Shown here: positions 33,618-46,780 of the stretch, piece by piece
Position numbering within the stretch: position 1 is the stretch's first letter
Layout: each line of letters starts with the position of its first letter
Assembly (NCBI GenBank): GCA_030390025.1
Contig: JASTWF010000035.1
Coordinates: 3,968,001-4,032,000 of the forward strand
Source: Squalus acanthias
Taxonomy: Eukaryota
Reading direction: 5' to 3'
Length of the DNA: 64,000 bases
Position numbers and translations under genes: made by a program
The notes under the pieces: model-generated
What the model saw: only the letters and a program-made list of their open reading frames with translations
What the model was told of the DNA's origin: nothing
Database searches by the model: none

Positions 33618-36101
33618 ATAGACTTCAAGAAGACATAGACAGGCTGGTGGAATGGGCGGACATGTGGCAGATGAAATTTAACGCAGAAAAGTGTTAAGTG
33701 ATACATTTTGGATGGAAGGACGAGGAGAGGCAATATAAACTGAAGGGTACAATTCTAAAGTGGGTGCATGAAAAGAGAGACCTGGGGGTATATGTGCACA
33801 AATCGTTGAAGGTGGCAGGACAGGTTGAGAAAGCAGTTAAAAAAGCTTACGGGATCCTGGGCTTCATGAATAGAGGCATAGAATACAAAAGCATGGAAGT
33901 TATGATGAACCTGTATAAAACACTGGTTTGGCCTCAACTGGAGTATTGTGTCCAATTCTGGACACCACACTTTAGGAAGGATGTGAAGGCCTTAGAGAGG
34001 GTGCAGCAATTGTACATCCCTGTCTGGCGTAAAAATAAAAAAGGGAAGGTGGCTCAACCATGGCTAACAAGGGAAATCAGGGATAGTATTAAAAGCAAGG
34101 AAGTGGCATACAAATTGGCCAGAAGTAGCAGCAAACCCGGGGACTGGGAGAACTTTAAAGCTCAGCAGAGGAGGACGAAGGGTTTGATTAGGGCAGGGAA
34201 AATAAAATATGAAAGGGAGCTTGCGGAGAACATTAAAACGGACTGCAAAAGCTTCTATAAATATGTAAAAAGAAAGCGGTTAGTAAAAACAAACGTAGGT
34301 CCCCTGCAGTCAGAAACAGGGGAAGTCATAATGGGGAACAAAGAAATGGCAGATCAATTGAACAAGTACTTTGGTTCGGTGTTTACTGTGGAGGACACAA
34401 ACAACCTTCCGGAAATAAAGGAGATCAAAGGATCTGGTAAGAGGGAGGAGCTGAGGGAAATCCTTATCAGTCGGGAAAAGGTGTTGGGGAAATTGATGGG
34501 ACTGAAGGCTGATAAATCCCCAGGGCCTGATGGTCTGCATCCCAGAGTACTTAAGGAGGTGGCCTTGGAAATAGTGGATGCATTGACGATCATTTTCCAA
34601 CATTCCTTAGACTCTGGATCAGTTCCGAAGGAGTGGCGGGTGGCTAATGTAACCCCTCTTTTTAAAAAAGGAGGGAGGGAGAAAGCAGGGAATTATAGAC
34701 CGGTCAGCCTGACATCGGTGGTGGGTAAAATGATGGAATCAATTATTAAAGATGTCATAACAGACCATTTGGAAAGTGGCGACATGATAGGTCCAAGTCA
34801 GCATGGATTTGTGATAGGCAAATCATGCTTGACAAATCTTCTGGAATTTTTTGAGGATGTTTCCAATAGGGTGGACGGGGGGGGAACCAGTAGATGTGGT
34901 GTATTTGGACTTTCAGAAGGCCTTCGACAAGGTCCCACACAAGAGATTGGTGTGCAAAGTTAAAGCACATGGGATTGGGGGTAATGTGTTGACGTGGATT
35001 GAGAACTGGTTGGCACACAGGAAACAAAGAGTAGGAGTAAATGGGTACTTTTCAGAATGGCAGGCAGTGACCAGCGGGGTACCGCAGGGTTCGGTGCTGG
35101 GGCCCCAGCTGTTTACATTATATATTAATGATTTGGACGAAGGGATTAATTGTAATATCTCCAAATTTGCGGATGACACTAAATTGGGAGGCAGTGTGAA
35201 CAATGAGGAGGATGCTAGGAGGCTACAGAGTGACTTGGACAGGTTGGGTGAATGGGCAAATGTATGGCAGATGAAGTACAATGTGGATAAATGTGAGGTT
35301 ATCCACTTTGGTGGTAAAAATAGGGAGGCAGATTATTACCTGAATGGTGGCAGATTAGGGAAAGGGGAGGTGCAACGAGACCTGGGCGTCATGGTACATC
35401 AGTCACTGAAGGTAGGAAGGCAAGTGCAGCAGGCAGTCAAGAAAGCAAATGGCACGATGGCCTTCATAGCAAGGGGATTTGAGTACAGGAGTAGGGAGGT
35501 GATGCTACAGTTGGACAGGGCCTTGGTGAGGCCACACCTGGAGTATTGTGTGCAGTTTTGGTCTCCTAACTTGAGGAAGGACATTCTTGCTATTGAGGGA
35601 GTGCAACGAAGGTTCACTAGATTGATTCCTGGGATGGCCAGACTGACATATCAAGAAAGACTGGATCAACTGAACTTGTATCCTCTGGAGTTCAGAAGAA
35701 TGAGGGGGGATCTTATAGAGACGTTTAAAATCCTGACTGGTTTAGACAAATTAGATGCGGGCAGAATGTTTCCAATGTTAGGGAAAACTAAAACCAGGGG
35801 TCACAGTCTAAGGATAAAGGGGAAGCCATTTAAGACTGAGATGAGGAGGAACTTCTTCACCCAGAGAGTGTAGAATCTGTGGAATTCTCTACCACAGAAG
35901 GTTGTTGAGGCCAGTTCGCTAAATATATTCAAAAGGGAGTTAGATATAATACTCACAACTAGGGGGATCAAGGGGTATGGCGAGAAAGCAGGAATGGGGT
36001 ACTGAGGTAGCATGTTCAGCCATGAACGCATTGAATGGCGGTGCAGGCTCGAAGGGCCGAATGGTCTACTCCTGCACCTATTTTCTATGTTTCTATGTTT
36101 C
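33618..36101 (+). mobile_element. CR1 RT fragment (33618-34005) fused to a 5'-truncated CR1 of another subfamily (34006-36101)
   Basis: Chimeric ORF KALERVQ|QLYIPVW; frameshift near 34880; (CTATGTTT) tail. Confidence 0.9.
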
Positions 36102-39100
36102 TATGGCATTTCAAGTGCTCATCTAAATGCTTCTTGAATGTTGTGAGGGTTCCTGCCTCTACCACCCTTTCAGGCAGTGAGTTCCAGATTCCAACCACCC
36201 TCTGGGTGAAAAAGTTTTTCCTCAAATCCCCTCTAAACCTCCTGCCCCTTACCTTGAAACTATGCACCCTGGTTACTGACCACTCTACTAAGGGGAAATG
36301 TTCATTCCTATCTACCCTATCTGTGCCCCTCATAATTTTGTACACCTCAATCAGGTCCCCCCTCAGCCTTCTCTGCTCTAAGGAAAACAACCCCAGCCTG
36401 TCCAGTCTCTCTTCATAGCTGAAGCGCTCCAGCCCAGGTAACATCCAGGTGAATCTCCTCTGCACCCTCTCTAATGCAATTACATCCTTCCTATAGTGTG
36501 GCGACCAGAACTGCACACAGTATTCCAGCTGTGGCCTAACTAGCATTTTGTACAGCTCCATCATAACCTCCCTGCTCTTATATTCTATGCCTCGGCTAAT
36601 GAAGGCAAGTATCCAATATGCCTTTTTAACCACCTTATCTACCTGTCCTGCTGCCTTCAGAGATCTATGTACATGCACACCAAGGTCCCTCTGATCCTCT
36701 GTCCTTCCTAGGGTCCTACCATTCATTGTGTATTCCCTTGCCTTGTTAGTCCTCCCAAAATGCATCACCTCACACTTTTCAGGGTTAAATTCCATTTGCC
36801 ACTGTTCTGCCCATCTGACCAACCTGTCTATATCGTCCCTCCTCGCTATTTACCACCCCACCAATTATCGTGTCATCTGCGAACTTACTGATCACACCTC
36901 CTACATTCATATCTAAATCATTAATGTACACTACAAACAGCAAAGGACCCAACACCAATCCCTGCGGTACACCACTGGACACAAGCTTCCAGTCACAAAA
37001 ACAACCTTCGACCATCACCCTCTGCCTTCTGCCACTAAGCCAATTTTGGATCCAATGTGCCAAATTGCCCTGGATCCCATGGGCTCTTACCTTCTTGACC
37101 AGTCTCCAATGCGGGACTTTGTCAAAAGCCTTACTGAAGTCCATGTAGACCACATCAACTGCACTACCCTCATCCACACACCTAGTCACCCCCTCGAAAA
37201 ATTCAATCAAATTGGTTAGACATGATTTCCCCCTGACAAAGCCATGCTGACTATCCTTGATTAATCCTTGCCTCTCCAAGTGGAGACTAATTCTGTCCCT
37301 CAGAATTTTTTCCAATAATTTCCCTACCACTGATGTTATGCTCACTGGTCTGTAATTCCCTGGTTTATCCCTACTACCCTTCTTGAATAATGGTACTACG
37401 TTAGCTGTCCTCCCATCCTCTGGCACCTCCCCTCTGGCCAGAGAGGTTCTGAAAATTTGTGTCAGAGCCCCTGCAATCTCCTCCCTTGCCTCACACAGCA
37501 GCCTGGGATACATCCTGTCAGGGCCTGGGGATTTATCCACTTTTAAGCCCGCTAAAACCGCTAGTACCTCCTCCCTCTCAATGCTAATTTGTTCAAGTAT
37601 TTGACAATCCCCCTGCCTGATTTCTAGGCCTAAATCGTCCTTCTCCATAGTGAACACAGATGCAAAATATTCATTTAACACCTCACTTACATCTTCCGGC
37701 TCTCCACACAGATTGCCACTTTGGTCCCTAATGGGCCCTACTCTTTCCCTGCTTATCCTCTTGCCCTTAATATACTTCTGAAACACCTTGGGATTTTCCT
37801 TTATTTTGCTCGCCAGTGTTTTTTCATGCCCCCTCTTCGCTCTCCTAATTTCTTTTTTAAGTACCCCCCTGCACTTTCTGTACTCCTCTAGGGCTTCCTC
37901 TGTTTTTAGTCCTTTGTATCTGCCAAAAGCCTCCCTTTTTTTCCTACTCCATTCTCGTATATCCCTTGACATCCAGGGTTCCCTGGGCTTGTTGGTCCCA
38001 CCCTTGACCTTTACGGGAACATGTTGCCGTTGTACTCTCTCTATTTCCTTTCTGAAAGACTCCCACTGCTCTGATGTGGATTTTCCTACAAGTAGCTGAT
38101 CCCAGTCCACTTTGGCCAGATCTTGCCTTATCATATTAAAACCAGCATTCCCCCAATTTAGAACCTTTATTTCCAGTCCATCTTTGTCCTTTTCCATGAC
38201 TACCTTAAATCGCACTGAATTATGGTCACTGTCACCAAAATGCTCTCCTACTGACACTTCTACCACATGCCCGGCTACATTCCCTAGAATTAGGTCCAGT
38301 ACCGCCCCCTCTCTTGTAGGACTTTCTACATGCTGGCTCAAAAAGCTCTCCTGGATGCACTTTAAGAATTCTGTACCCTCTAAGCCTTTCACACTTTGAC
38401 TATCCCTTTAAGAGGGAATTAGATATATTTCTACAGGCAAAAGGGGTTAAGGGTTACGGAGAGAAGGCGGGGACGGGATACTGAATTGGAGGATCAGCCA
38501 TGATCTCATTAAATGGCGGAGCAGGCTCGAAGGGCCGGATGGCCTACTCCTGCTCCTATCTTCTATGTATCTATGTATCTATGTATCCCAGTTAATATTG
38601 GGGAAGTTGAAATCCCCTCCTCTTATTACCCTATTATTTCTAAACTTCTCTGAGATTTGCCTACATATCTGTTCCTCTATCTCCCCCTGACTGTTTGGGG
38701 GTCTATAGTACACTCCCAGCAAAGTGCTTGCCCCCTTTTTGTTTTTAAGTTCTACCCATATGGCCTCATTAGAGGAACCTGCTAAGATATCATCCCTCCT
38801 TACAGCAGTAATTGACTCCTTGATTAATATTGCGACACCCCCTCCTCTTTTACACCCACCTCTGTCTCACCTGAAGATTCTATACCCCGGAATATTGAGC
38901 TGCCAGTCCTGCCCCTCCCTCAACCATGTCTCTGTGATAGCAACAATATCATACTCCCATGTGTTCATCAACACCTTCAATTCATCTGCCTTACTCGCAA
39001 GACTCCTTGCATTAAAATAAATGCCATCCAGCCTTGCCATACTCCCTTGTGCCGTTACATATTTGCTCTGCCTTCCAGACGGAATTGTTTTTTTCCTCTA

Positions 39101-39756
39101 TATTTGGCTGTGCATCACCCCCTACTATAGCTCCACTCCGTATCCCATCCCCCTGCCAAGTTAGTTTAAACCCCCCCCAAACAGTACTAGCAAACCTCCC
39201 CGCAAGGATATTGGTCCCGTTCCGGTTCAGGTGCAACCCGTCCGACTTGTACAGTTCCCACCTTCCCCAGAAGCAGACCCAGTGATCCAGGAAACTAAAG
39301 CCCTCCCTCCTGCACCAACTCTTTAGCCACGCATTCATCTGCTCTATCCTCCTATTCCTATACTCACTAGCACGTGGCACCTGGAGTAATCCAGAGATTA
39401 CAACCTTTGAGGTCCTGCTTTTTAATCTGCTACCTAGCTCCCTAAATTCTTGTTGCAGGACCTCATCCCTCTTTCTACCCATGTTGTTGGTACCAATGTG
39501 AACCACGACCTCTGACTGTTCGCCCTCCACCTTCAGAATGCCCTGCAGCCGTTCAGTGACATCCTTGACCCTGGCACCAGGGAGGCAACATACCATCTTG
39601 GAGTCACGTCTGTGGCCGCAGAAACGCCTGTCTGCACCCCTCACTATTGAGTCTCCTACCACTATTGCCCTTCCACTCTTACTCCTCCCTCCTTGTGCAG
39701 CTGAGCCACCCACAGTGCCGTGAACTTGGCTCTGGCTGCACGCCCCAGAGGAACCG
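36102..39756 (-). mobile_element. CR1 (ORF1 esterase through ORF2), decayed, carrying a nested insert at 38407-38583
   Basis: ORFs 36085-36822 and 36785-38392; ORF1 motifs GDSIVR, HIGTNN and DGLH in 39012-39756. Confidence 0.9.
38407..38583 (+). mobile_element. 177-bp 3' end of a young CR1 with (TATCTATG)n tail
   Basis: Matches 44685-44869 by eye; flanked by a TATCCC duplication (38401-38406, 38584-38589). Confidence 0.93.
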
Positions 39757-41871
39757 TCCTTTCTATCCACTTTATCTAGGCCCCTCATAATTTTATACAC
39801 CTCAATAAGTTCTCCCCTCAGCCTCCTCTGTTCCAAGGAAAACAGACCCAGCCTATCCAGTCTTTCCTCATAGCTAAGATTCTCTACTCCCGGCAACATC
39901 TTTGTAAATCTCCTCTGTACCCTCTCTAGTGCAATCACATCTTTCCTGTAATGTGGTGACCAGAACTGCATGCAGTACTCCAGCTGAGGCCTAACTTGTG
40001 TTTTATACAGTTGAAGCATAACCCCCCTGTTCTTGTATTCTATGCCACGGCTAATAAAGGCAAGCATTCCGTATGCCTTCTTAACCACCTTATCTACCTG
40101 GCCTGCTATCTTCAGGGATCTGTGGACATGCACTCCAAGATCCCTTTGTTCCTCTACACTACTCAGTGTCCTACCATTTAATGTGTACTCCCTTTCCTTG
40201 TTAGCCCTCCCCAAATGCATTACCTCACACTTCTCCGGATTGAATTCCATTTGCCACTGTCTGCCCACCTGACCAATTTATTGATACCTTCCTGCAGTCT
40301 ACAGCTTCCTTCTTCAGTATCAACCACACAGCCGATTTTAATATCATCTGCAAACTTCTTAATCATACCCCCTATATTCAAGTCAAGATCGTTTAGATAT
40401 ACCACAAAAAGCAAGGGACCTAGTACTGAGCCCTGCGGAACCCCACTGGAAACAGCCTCTCAGTCACAAAAACACCCATCAACCATTACCCTCTGCTTCA
40501 TGTCTCCGAGCCAGTTTTGAATCCAACTTGACACTTGGCCCTGGATCCCATGGACTTTTAACTTCGTGACCAGTCTGCCATGTGGAACCTTATCAAAAAC
40601 CTTGCTAAAGTCCATATACACTACATCAAATGCACTACCCTCATCTACCCTCCTTGTTACCTCCTCAAAAAATTCAATCAAGTTTGTCAGACACGACCTT
40701 CCCTTAACAAATCCGTGCTGACTGTCCTTGATTAATCCGTGTCTTTCTAAATGAAGATTTATCCTGTCCTTCAGAATTCTTTCCAATAATTTACCCACCA
40801 CCGAGGTTAGGCTGACTGGCCTGTAATTACTCGGTCTAACCTTTTCTCCCTTTTTAAACAAGGGTACCACATTAGCAGTCCTCCAGTCCTCCGGCACCAC
40901 ACCTGAAGCCAGAGAGGATTGAAAAATGATGGTCAGGGCCTCTGCTATTTCCTCTTTTGCTTTGCTTAACAGCCTGGGATACATTTCATCTGGGCCTGGG
41001 GATTTATCCACTTTTAAAGCTGCTAATCCCCTTAATACTTCCTCCCTCACTATGTTTGTTTCATCTAATATTTCACACTTCTCCCCCCCGATAGCAATGT
41101 CTGCTTCGCCCCTCTCCTTTGTGAAAACAGACGCAAAGTATTCATTGAGCCCTAGCGACGTCTCCCGCCTCCACACACAGATTACCCTCATGATCTCTAA
41201 TAGGCCCTACCCTTTCTTTAGTTATCCTCTTACTCTTAATATATTTATAAAACATCTTTGGGTTTTCCTTGATTTTACTTGCCAAGAATTTTTCATGCTC
41301 TCTCTTTGCTTTCCTAACATCCTTTTTAATTGCACCCCTGCACTTTCTGTACTCCTCTAAAGATTCTGGAGTATTTAGCCCTCGGTATCTGTCATACGCC
41401 TCCCTTTTTTTCTTTATCCTACCCTGTATGTCCCTAGACATCCAGGGGGCTCTACATTTGTTAGTCCCACCTTTTTTCGTTAAGGGCACATGTTTGGTCT
41501 GAACCCTCCGGATCTCCTCCTTGAATGCCTCCCACTGCTCTGACACTGATTTACCTTCAAGTAGCTGTTTCCAGTCCACTATGGCTAAATCCCCTCTGAG
41601 CTTAGCAAAATTTGCTTTTCCCCAATTTAGAATTTTTATTCCTTGTCTATCCTTGTCCTTTTCCATAACTACCTTAAATCTAACAGAATTATGGTCACTA
41701 GCAGCAAAATGCTCCCCCACTGATACGCCTTCTACCTGCCCAGCTTCATTCCCTAAAACTAAGTCCAGAACCACCCCCTCCCTTTTTGGGCTTGCTACAT
41801 ACTGGCTAAAAAAGTTCTCCTGGATGCATTTTGAATTCTGCACCTTCTATACCCTTCACACTAATTTTATC

Positions 41872-44869
41872 AGACAGAAATAAATGGTAAAAGGGTGAGG
41901 AACAAAAAACAAAGGGCCAAACTAATTCATAAAAAATGTGAGCATAAAAAAAGCCTGAGGGTTTTATACCTTAATGCGAGAAGCATCAGGAACAAGGTAG
42001 ATGAATTAGCTGTGGAAATAGAGGTTAATAATTATGATCTAATTGGGATTACGGAAACATGGTTGCAGGGTGAGCAGGGTTGGGAGCTTAACATACAGAG
42101 GTATTCAGTATTTAGGAAGGATCGACAAAAAAGAAAGGGAGGAGGGGTAGCATTGCTGGTAAAAGAGGGGATAAATGCAATTGAAAGGAAGGATATTAAC
42201 TCAATTAATACAGAATCTATATGGGTGGAGCTAAGAAATAGCGAGGGGCGAAAAACATTAATAGGAGTGGTATATAGGCCTCCAAATAGTAAAATAGAGG
42301 TTGGGGAGGGCATCACGAGGGAAATTAGAGAAGCGTGCAATAAGAGCACAGCTGTCATCATAGGTGACTTTAACTTACATATAGATTGGACTAGCCTAAT
42401 CAGTAAAAATAATGAGGAGGAGGAATTCCTTGAGTGTTTAAGGGATGGTTATCTGGATCAATATGTCGAGGAACCAACTCGGGAACAGGCTATATTGGAC
42501 TGGGTACTGTGCAATGAGAAGGGACTAATTAGTAATCTTGTTGTACGGGGACCCTTGGGTCAGAGCGATCATAACATGATCGATTTCTCACTCGAAATGG
42601 AGAGCGAAGAAATTGACTCAGAGACTAAGGTCCTGAATTTAAACAAGGGGAATTATGATGCCATTAGACGGGAACTGAGTAGGTCTGATTGGACAACGTT
42701 CCTGGGAGGACTGGAGGTAGATAAACAATGGCAAGCATTTAAAGATAGAATGACAAAATTGCAAAAATTGTTTATACCAATCTGGCATAAAAGGAAATCT
42801 AAAAAGGTGACTCAACCGTGGATAACAGGGGAAATTAGAGACAGCATAAAATCCAAAGATAGGGCGTATAAAATAGCCAAAAAAAGCGCCAGAGCGGAAG
42901 ATTGGGAACAGTTTAAGATAGAGCAAAGGAGGACAAAGGGCTTAATCAAGAGGGGCAAAATAGCTTACGAAAGCAAGCTGGCGGAAAATATAAAAACTAA
43001 CTCCAAAAGCTTTTATAAGTATATCAAGAGGAAAAGACTGGTGAAAACCAAAGTTGGTCCATTGCAGTCAGATACGGGGGAATATATAACGGGAAATAAG
43101 GAAATGGCAGACCAACTAAATGCATACTTTGGGTCAGTCTTTACGAAGGAAGACACAAAAAACCTCCCTGGGATATCGGGAAAAATATGGACATTGGCAA
43201 AGGAGGAACTGACGCAAATCAATATCTCTAAGGATATGGTGTTAAGGAAGCTAAAGGGATTGAAGGCGGACAAATCCCCAGGGCCTGATAACATGCATCC
43301 TAGGGTGCTGAAGGAGGTGGCCCTAGAGATAGCGGATGCACTAAGTATGATTTTTCAGAATTCATTAGACTCGGGAACAGTGCCCATGGATTGGAGGGTA
43401 GCTAACGTTACCCCACTATTCAAAAAGGGGGGTAGGGAAAAAGCAGGTAATTACAGACCTGTAAGCCTTACATCAGTTGTGGGCAAAATGCTGGAGTCCA
43501 TCATTAAGGATGAAATGGCGGAGCACTTAGCAAATGGGGACAGGATAGGACAGAGTCAACATGGATTTACAAAGGGTAAATCGTGCTTGACTAATCTATT
43601 GGAATTTTTTGAGGGAGTAACTGGTAAAATAGATGGGGGAGAGCCAGTAGATGTGGTGTACCTGGACTTCCAAAAGGCCTTCGACAAGGTCCCACATAAA
43701 AGATTAGCATGGAAAATTGAAGCTCATGGGATAAAGGGGAAAGTATTGACGTGGATAGAGAACTGGCTGTCAGATAGAAAACAGAGAGTTGGAATAAACG
43801 GCTCATTTTCTGAATGGCAGGCAGTAACAAGTGGGGTACCACAGGGATCTGTCCTGGGTCCCCAGCTGTTCACAATTTACATTAATGACCTGGATCAGGG
43901 AGTCGGATGCAGCATTTCCAAATTTGCAGACGACACTAAACTAGGAGGGGGGGTGGGCTCAGAGGAGGAGACCAGGAAGCTCCAGAGCGATTTGGACAGA
44001 CTGGGTGATTGGGCGGATAAATGGCAGATGCACTATAATGTGGACAAGTGCGAAGTTATCCACCTTGGGTGCAGGAACGGGAGGGCAAATTATTATTTAA
44101 ATGGCAATAAATTGGGAGAGGGGGAAGTACAGAGAGACCTGGGTGTTCTTGTACACCAGTCACTGAAGGCGAGCATGCAGGTGCAACAGGCGGTCAAGAA
44201 GGCAAACGGTATGCTGGCCTTCATAGCAAAAGGGTTGGAATACAGGAACAGGGATACCTTGCTGCAGCTGTACAGGGCACTGGTGAGACCACACCTCGAG
44301 TACTGTGTACAGTTTTGGTCGCCTCATCTGAGGAAAGATGTTCTTGCCATGGAGGGGGTGCAGCGGCGATTCACCAGGCTGATACCAGGAATGGCGGGAT
44401 TGACCTATGAGGAGAGACTATGTAGTTTAGGGATGTACACACTGGAGTTTAGAAGATTGAGAGGGGACCTCATAGAAGTGTATAAAATTCTGACAGGTCT
44501 AGACAGACTAGATGCAGAAGGAATGTTTCCCTTGGCGGGTGAGAACAGAACTAGAGGACATAATTTAAGGATAAGGGCTAAACCATTTAGGACAGAAATG
44601 AGGGGGAATTTCTTCACTCAGAGGGTGGTGAACCTGTGGAACTCATTGCCACAGAGGGCAGTGTACGCCAGCTCATTAAATATATTTAAGAGGGAATTAG
44701 ATATATTTCTACAGGCAAAAGGGGTTAAGGGTTACGGAGAGAAGGCGGGGACGGGATACTGAATTGGAGGATCAGCCATGATCTCATTAAATGGCGGAGC
44801 AGGCTCGAAGGGCCGGATGGCCTACTCCTGCTCCTATCTTCTATGTATCTATGTATCTATGTATCTATG
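41872..44869 (+). mobile_element. Young CR1, truncated at the start of ORF2
   Basis: Intact ORF2, 3' UTR and (TATCTATG)n tail; TATC duplication at 41868-41871 and 44870-44873. Confidence 0.95.
41895..44762 (+). CDS. CR1 ORF2: APE endonuclease + reverse transcriptase, uninterrupted 955 aa
   Basis: [50 protein letters not shown]. The annotated start is GTG and the frame is open to the insert boundary. Confidence 0.95.
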   Translation: MRNKKQRAKLIHKKCEHKKSLRVLYLNARSIRNKVDELAVEIEVNNYDLIGITETWLQGEQGWELNIQRYSVFRKDRQKRKGGGVALLVKEGINAIERKDINSINTESIWVELRNSEGRKTLIGVVYRPPNSKIEVGEGITREIREACNKSTAVIIGDFNLHIDWTSLISKNNEEEEFLECLRDGYLDQYVEEPTREQAILDWVLCNEKGLISNLVVRGPLGQSDHNMIDFSLEMESEEIDSETKVLNLNKGNYDAIRRELSRSDWTTFLGGLEVDKQWQAFKDRMTKLQKLFIPIWHKRKSKKVTQPWITGEIRDSIKSKDRAYKIAKKSARAEDWEQFKIEQRRTKGLIKRGKIAYESKLAENIKTNSKSFYKYIKRKRLVKTKVGPLQSDTGEYITGNKEMADQLNAYFGSVFTKEDTKNLPGISGKIWTLAKEELTQINISKDMVLRKLKGLKADKSPGPDNMHPRVLKEVALEIADALSMIFQNSLDSGTVPMDWRVANVTPLFKKGGREKAGNYRPVSLTSVVGKMLESIIKDEMAEHLANGDRIGQSQHGFTKGKSCLTNLLEFFEGVTGKIDGGEPVDVVYLDFQKAFDKVPHKRLAWKIEAHGIKGKVLTWIENWLSDRKQRVGINGSFSEWQAVTSGVPQGSVLGPQLFTIYINDLDQGVGCSISKFADDTKLGGGVGSEEETRKLQSDLDRLGDWADKWQMHYNVDKCEVIHLGCRNGRANYYLNGNKLGEGEVQRDLGVLVHQSLKASMQVQQAVKKANGMLAFIAKGLEYRNRDTLLQLYRALVRPHLEYCVQFWSPHLRKDVLAMEGVQRRFTRLIPGMAGLTYEERLCSLGMYTLEFRRLRGDLIEVYKILTGLDRLDAEGMFPLAGENRTRGHNLRIRAKPFRTEMRGNFFTQRVVNLWNSLPQRAVYASSLNIFKRELDIFLQAKGVKGYGEKAGTGY

Positions 44870-45275
44870 TATCCCAGTTAATATTGGGGTAGTTGAAATC
44901 CCCTACTATTACTGCCCTATAGTTTTTGCACTTCTCAGAAATTTGTCTGCATATTTGTTCTTCTATCTCCCTATCACTGTTTGGGGGTCTGTAGTACACT
45001 CCCAGTGATCGCACTTTTTTGTTTTTCAATTCGACCCATATGGCCTCGTTTGATGATCCCTCCAACATATCATCCCTCCTCACAGCTGTAATAGTTTCTT
45101 TAATCAATACCGTGAACCCCCCTCCCTTTTTACCTCCCGTCTGAAAATCCTGTAACCAGGAATGTTGAGCTGCCATACCTGCCCCTCTTTCAGCCACGTC
45201 TCTGTAATAGCTATAATATCATAGTCCCAAGTATCTACCTGTGCCCCCAGCTCATCTGCCTTGTTCGCTATACTC

Positions 45276-46780
45276 CTTCCAAAATTCTATAGATTCTGGA
45301 ACGGTTCCTGCGGATTGGAGGACAGCAAATGTAACCCTGCTATTTAAGAAAGGCGGGAGAGAGAAAACGGGGAACTACAGACCTGTTAGCCTCACATCAG
45401 TAGTTGGGAAAATGCTGGAATCTATTATAAAGGATGCAATAACTGGGCACTTAGAAACTAATAGTAAGATTGGGCAGAGTCAACATGGATTTATGAAAGG
45501 GAAATCCTGTTTGACAAACCTATTGGAGTTCTTTGAGGATGTAACTAGTGGAGTAGACAAAGGGGAACCGGTAGATATGGTGTATCTGGATTTTCAGAAG
45601 GCCTTCGATAAGGTCCCACACAAGAGGTTGGTGAACAAAATTAGGGCACATGGAATTGGGGGTAATATACTAGCATGGATTGAGAATTGGTTAACAGACA
45701 GAAAACAAAGAGTAGGGATAAACGGGTCTTTTTCAGGATGGCAGGCTATAACTAGTGGAGTACCGCAAGGATCGGTGCTTGGGCCCCAGCTATTCACAAT
45801 CTATATCAATGATTTGGATGAGGGGACTAAATGTAACATTTCTAAATTTGCTGATGATACAAAGCTAGGTAGCAGTGTCAGTCGCGAAGAGGATGTGAAG
45901 AGGCTTCAAGGGGATCTCGACAGGCTCAGTGAGTGGGGGAGAGCATGGCAGATGGAATATAATGTGGATAAATGTGAAGTTATCCACTTTGGTAGAAAAA
46001 ACAGAAAGGCAGAGTATTTCCTAAATGGTGAAAGATTGGGGAATGCAGATGCTCAAAGGGACCTGGGTGTCCTTGTACATGAGTCACTGAAAGTGAATGT
46101 GCAGGTGCAGCAAGCCATTAGGAAGGCAAATGGTATGCTGGCCTTCATTACAAGAGGATTTGAGTACAGGAGTAAAGAAGTCTTACTCCAATTATATAGG
46201 GCCTTGGTGAGACCACACCTGGAGTACTATGTACAATTTTGGTCTCCTTACCTAAGGAAGGATATACTTGCCATAGTATGTTATGTGCAACAAAGGTTCA
46301 CGAGATTGATTTCTGGGATGGCGGGACTGTCGTATGAGAAGAGATTGAGTAAACTAGGCCTGTATTCTCTTGAATTCAGAAGAATGAGAGGGGATCTCAT
46401 TGAAGCATACAAAATTATTACAGGGCTTGATAGGATGGATGCTGGGAGAATGTTTCCCTTAGCTGGAAAGTCTAGAACCAGGGGCCACAGCCTCAGGATA
46501 AAGGGTAGGCCATTCAGGACTGAGATGAGAAGAAATTTCTTCACACAGAGGGTGGTGAATCTTTGGAATTCTCTACCCCAGAGGGCTGTGGAGGCTCAGT
46601 CATTGGGTATATTCAAAAGAGAAGTCGATAGATTTCTGACTAGTAAGGGCATCAAGGGATATGGCGATAGAGCCGGTGAATAGAGTTGAGGCAGAAGATC
46701 AGCCATGATCTCATTGAATGGCGGAGCAGGCTCGAAGGGCCGAATGGCCTACTCCTGCTCCTATTTTTTATGTTCTTATG
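45276..46780 (+). mobile_element. 5'-truncated CR1 with open RT frame
   Basis: ORF to 46683 with FADD; 3' UTR and TTATGTTCTTATG tail. Confidence 0.92.

Noticed and set aside
39012..40268. Apparent 418-aa RT-esterase fusion protein (also the 33698-34963 chimeric ORF)
   Set aside because: Chance in-frame junctions between fragments of different CR1 copies with scrambled domain order.
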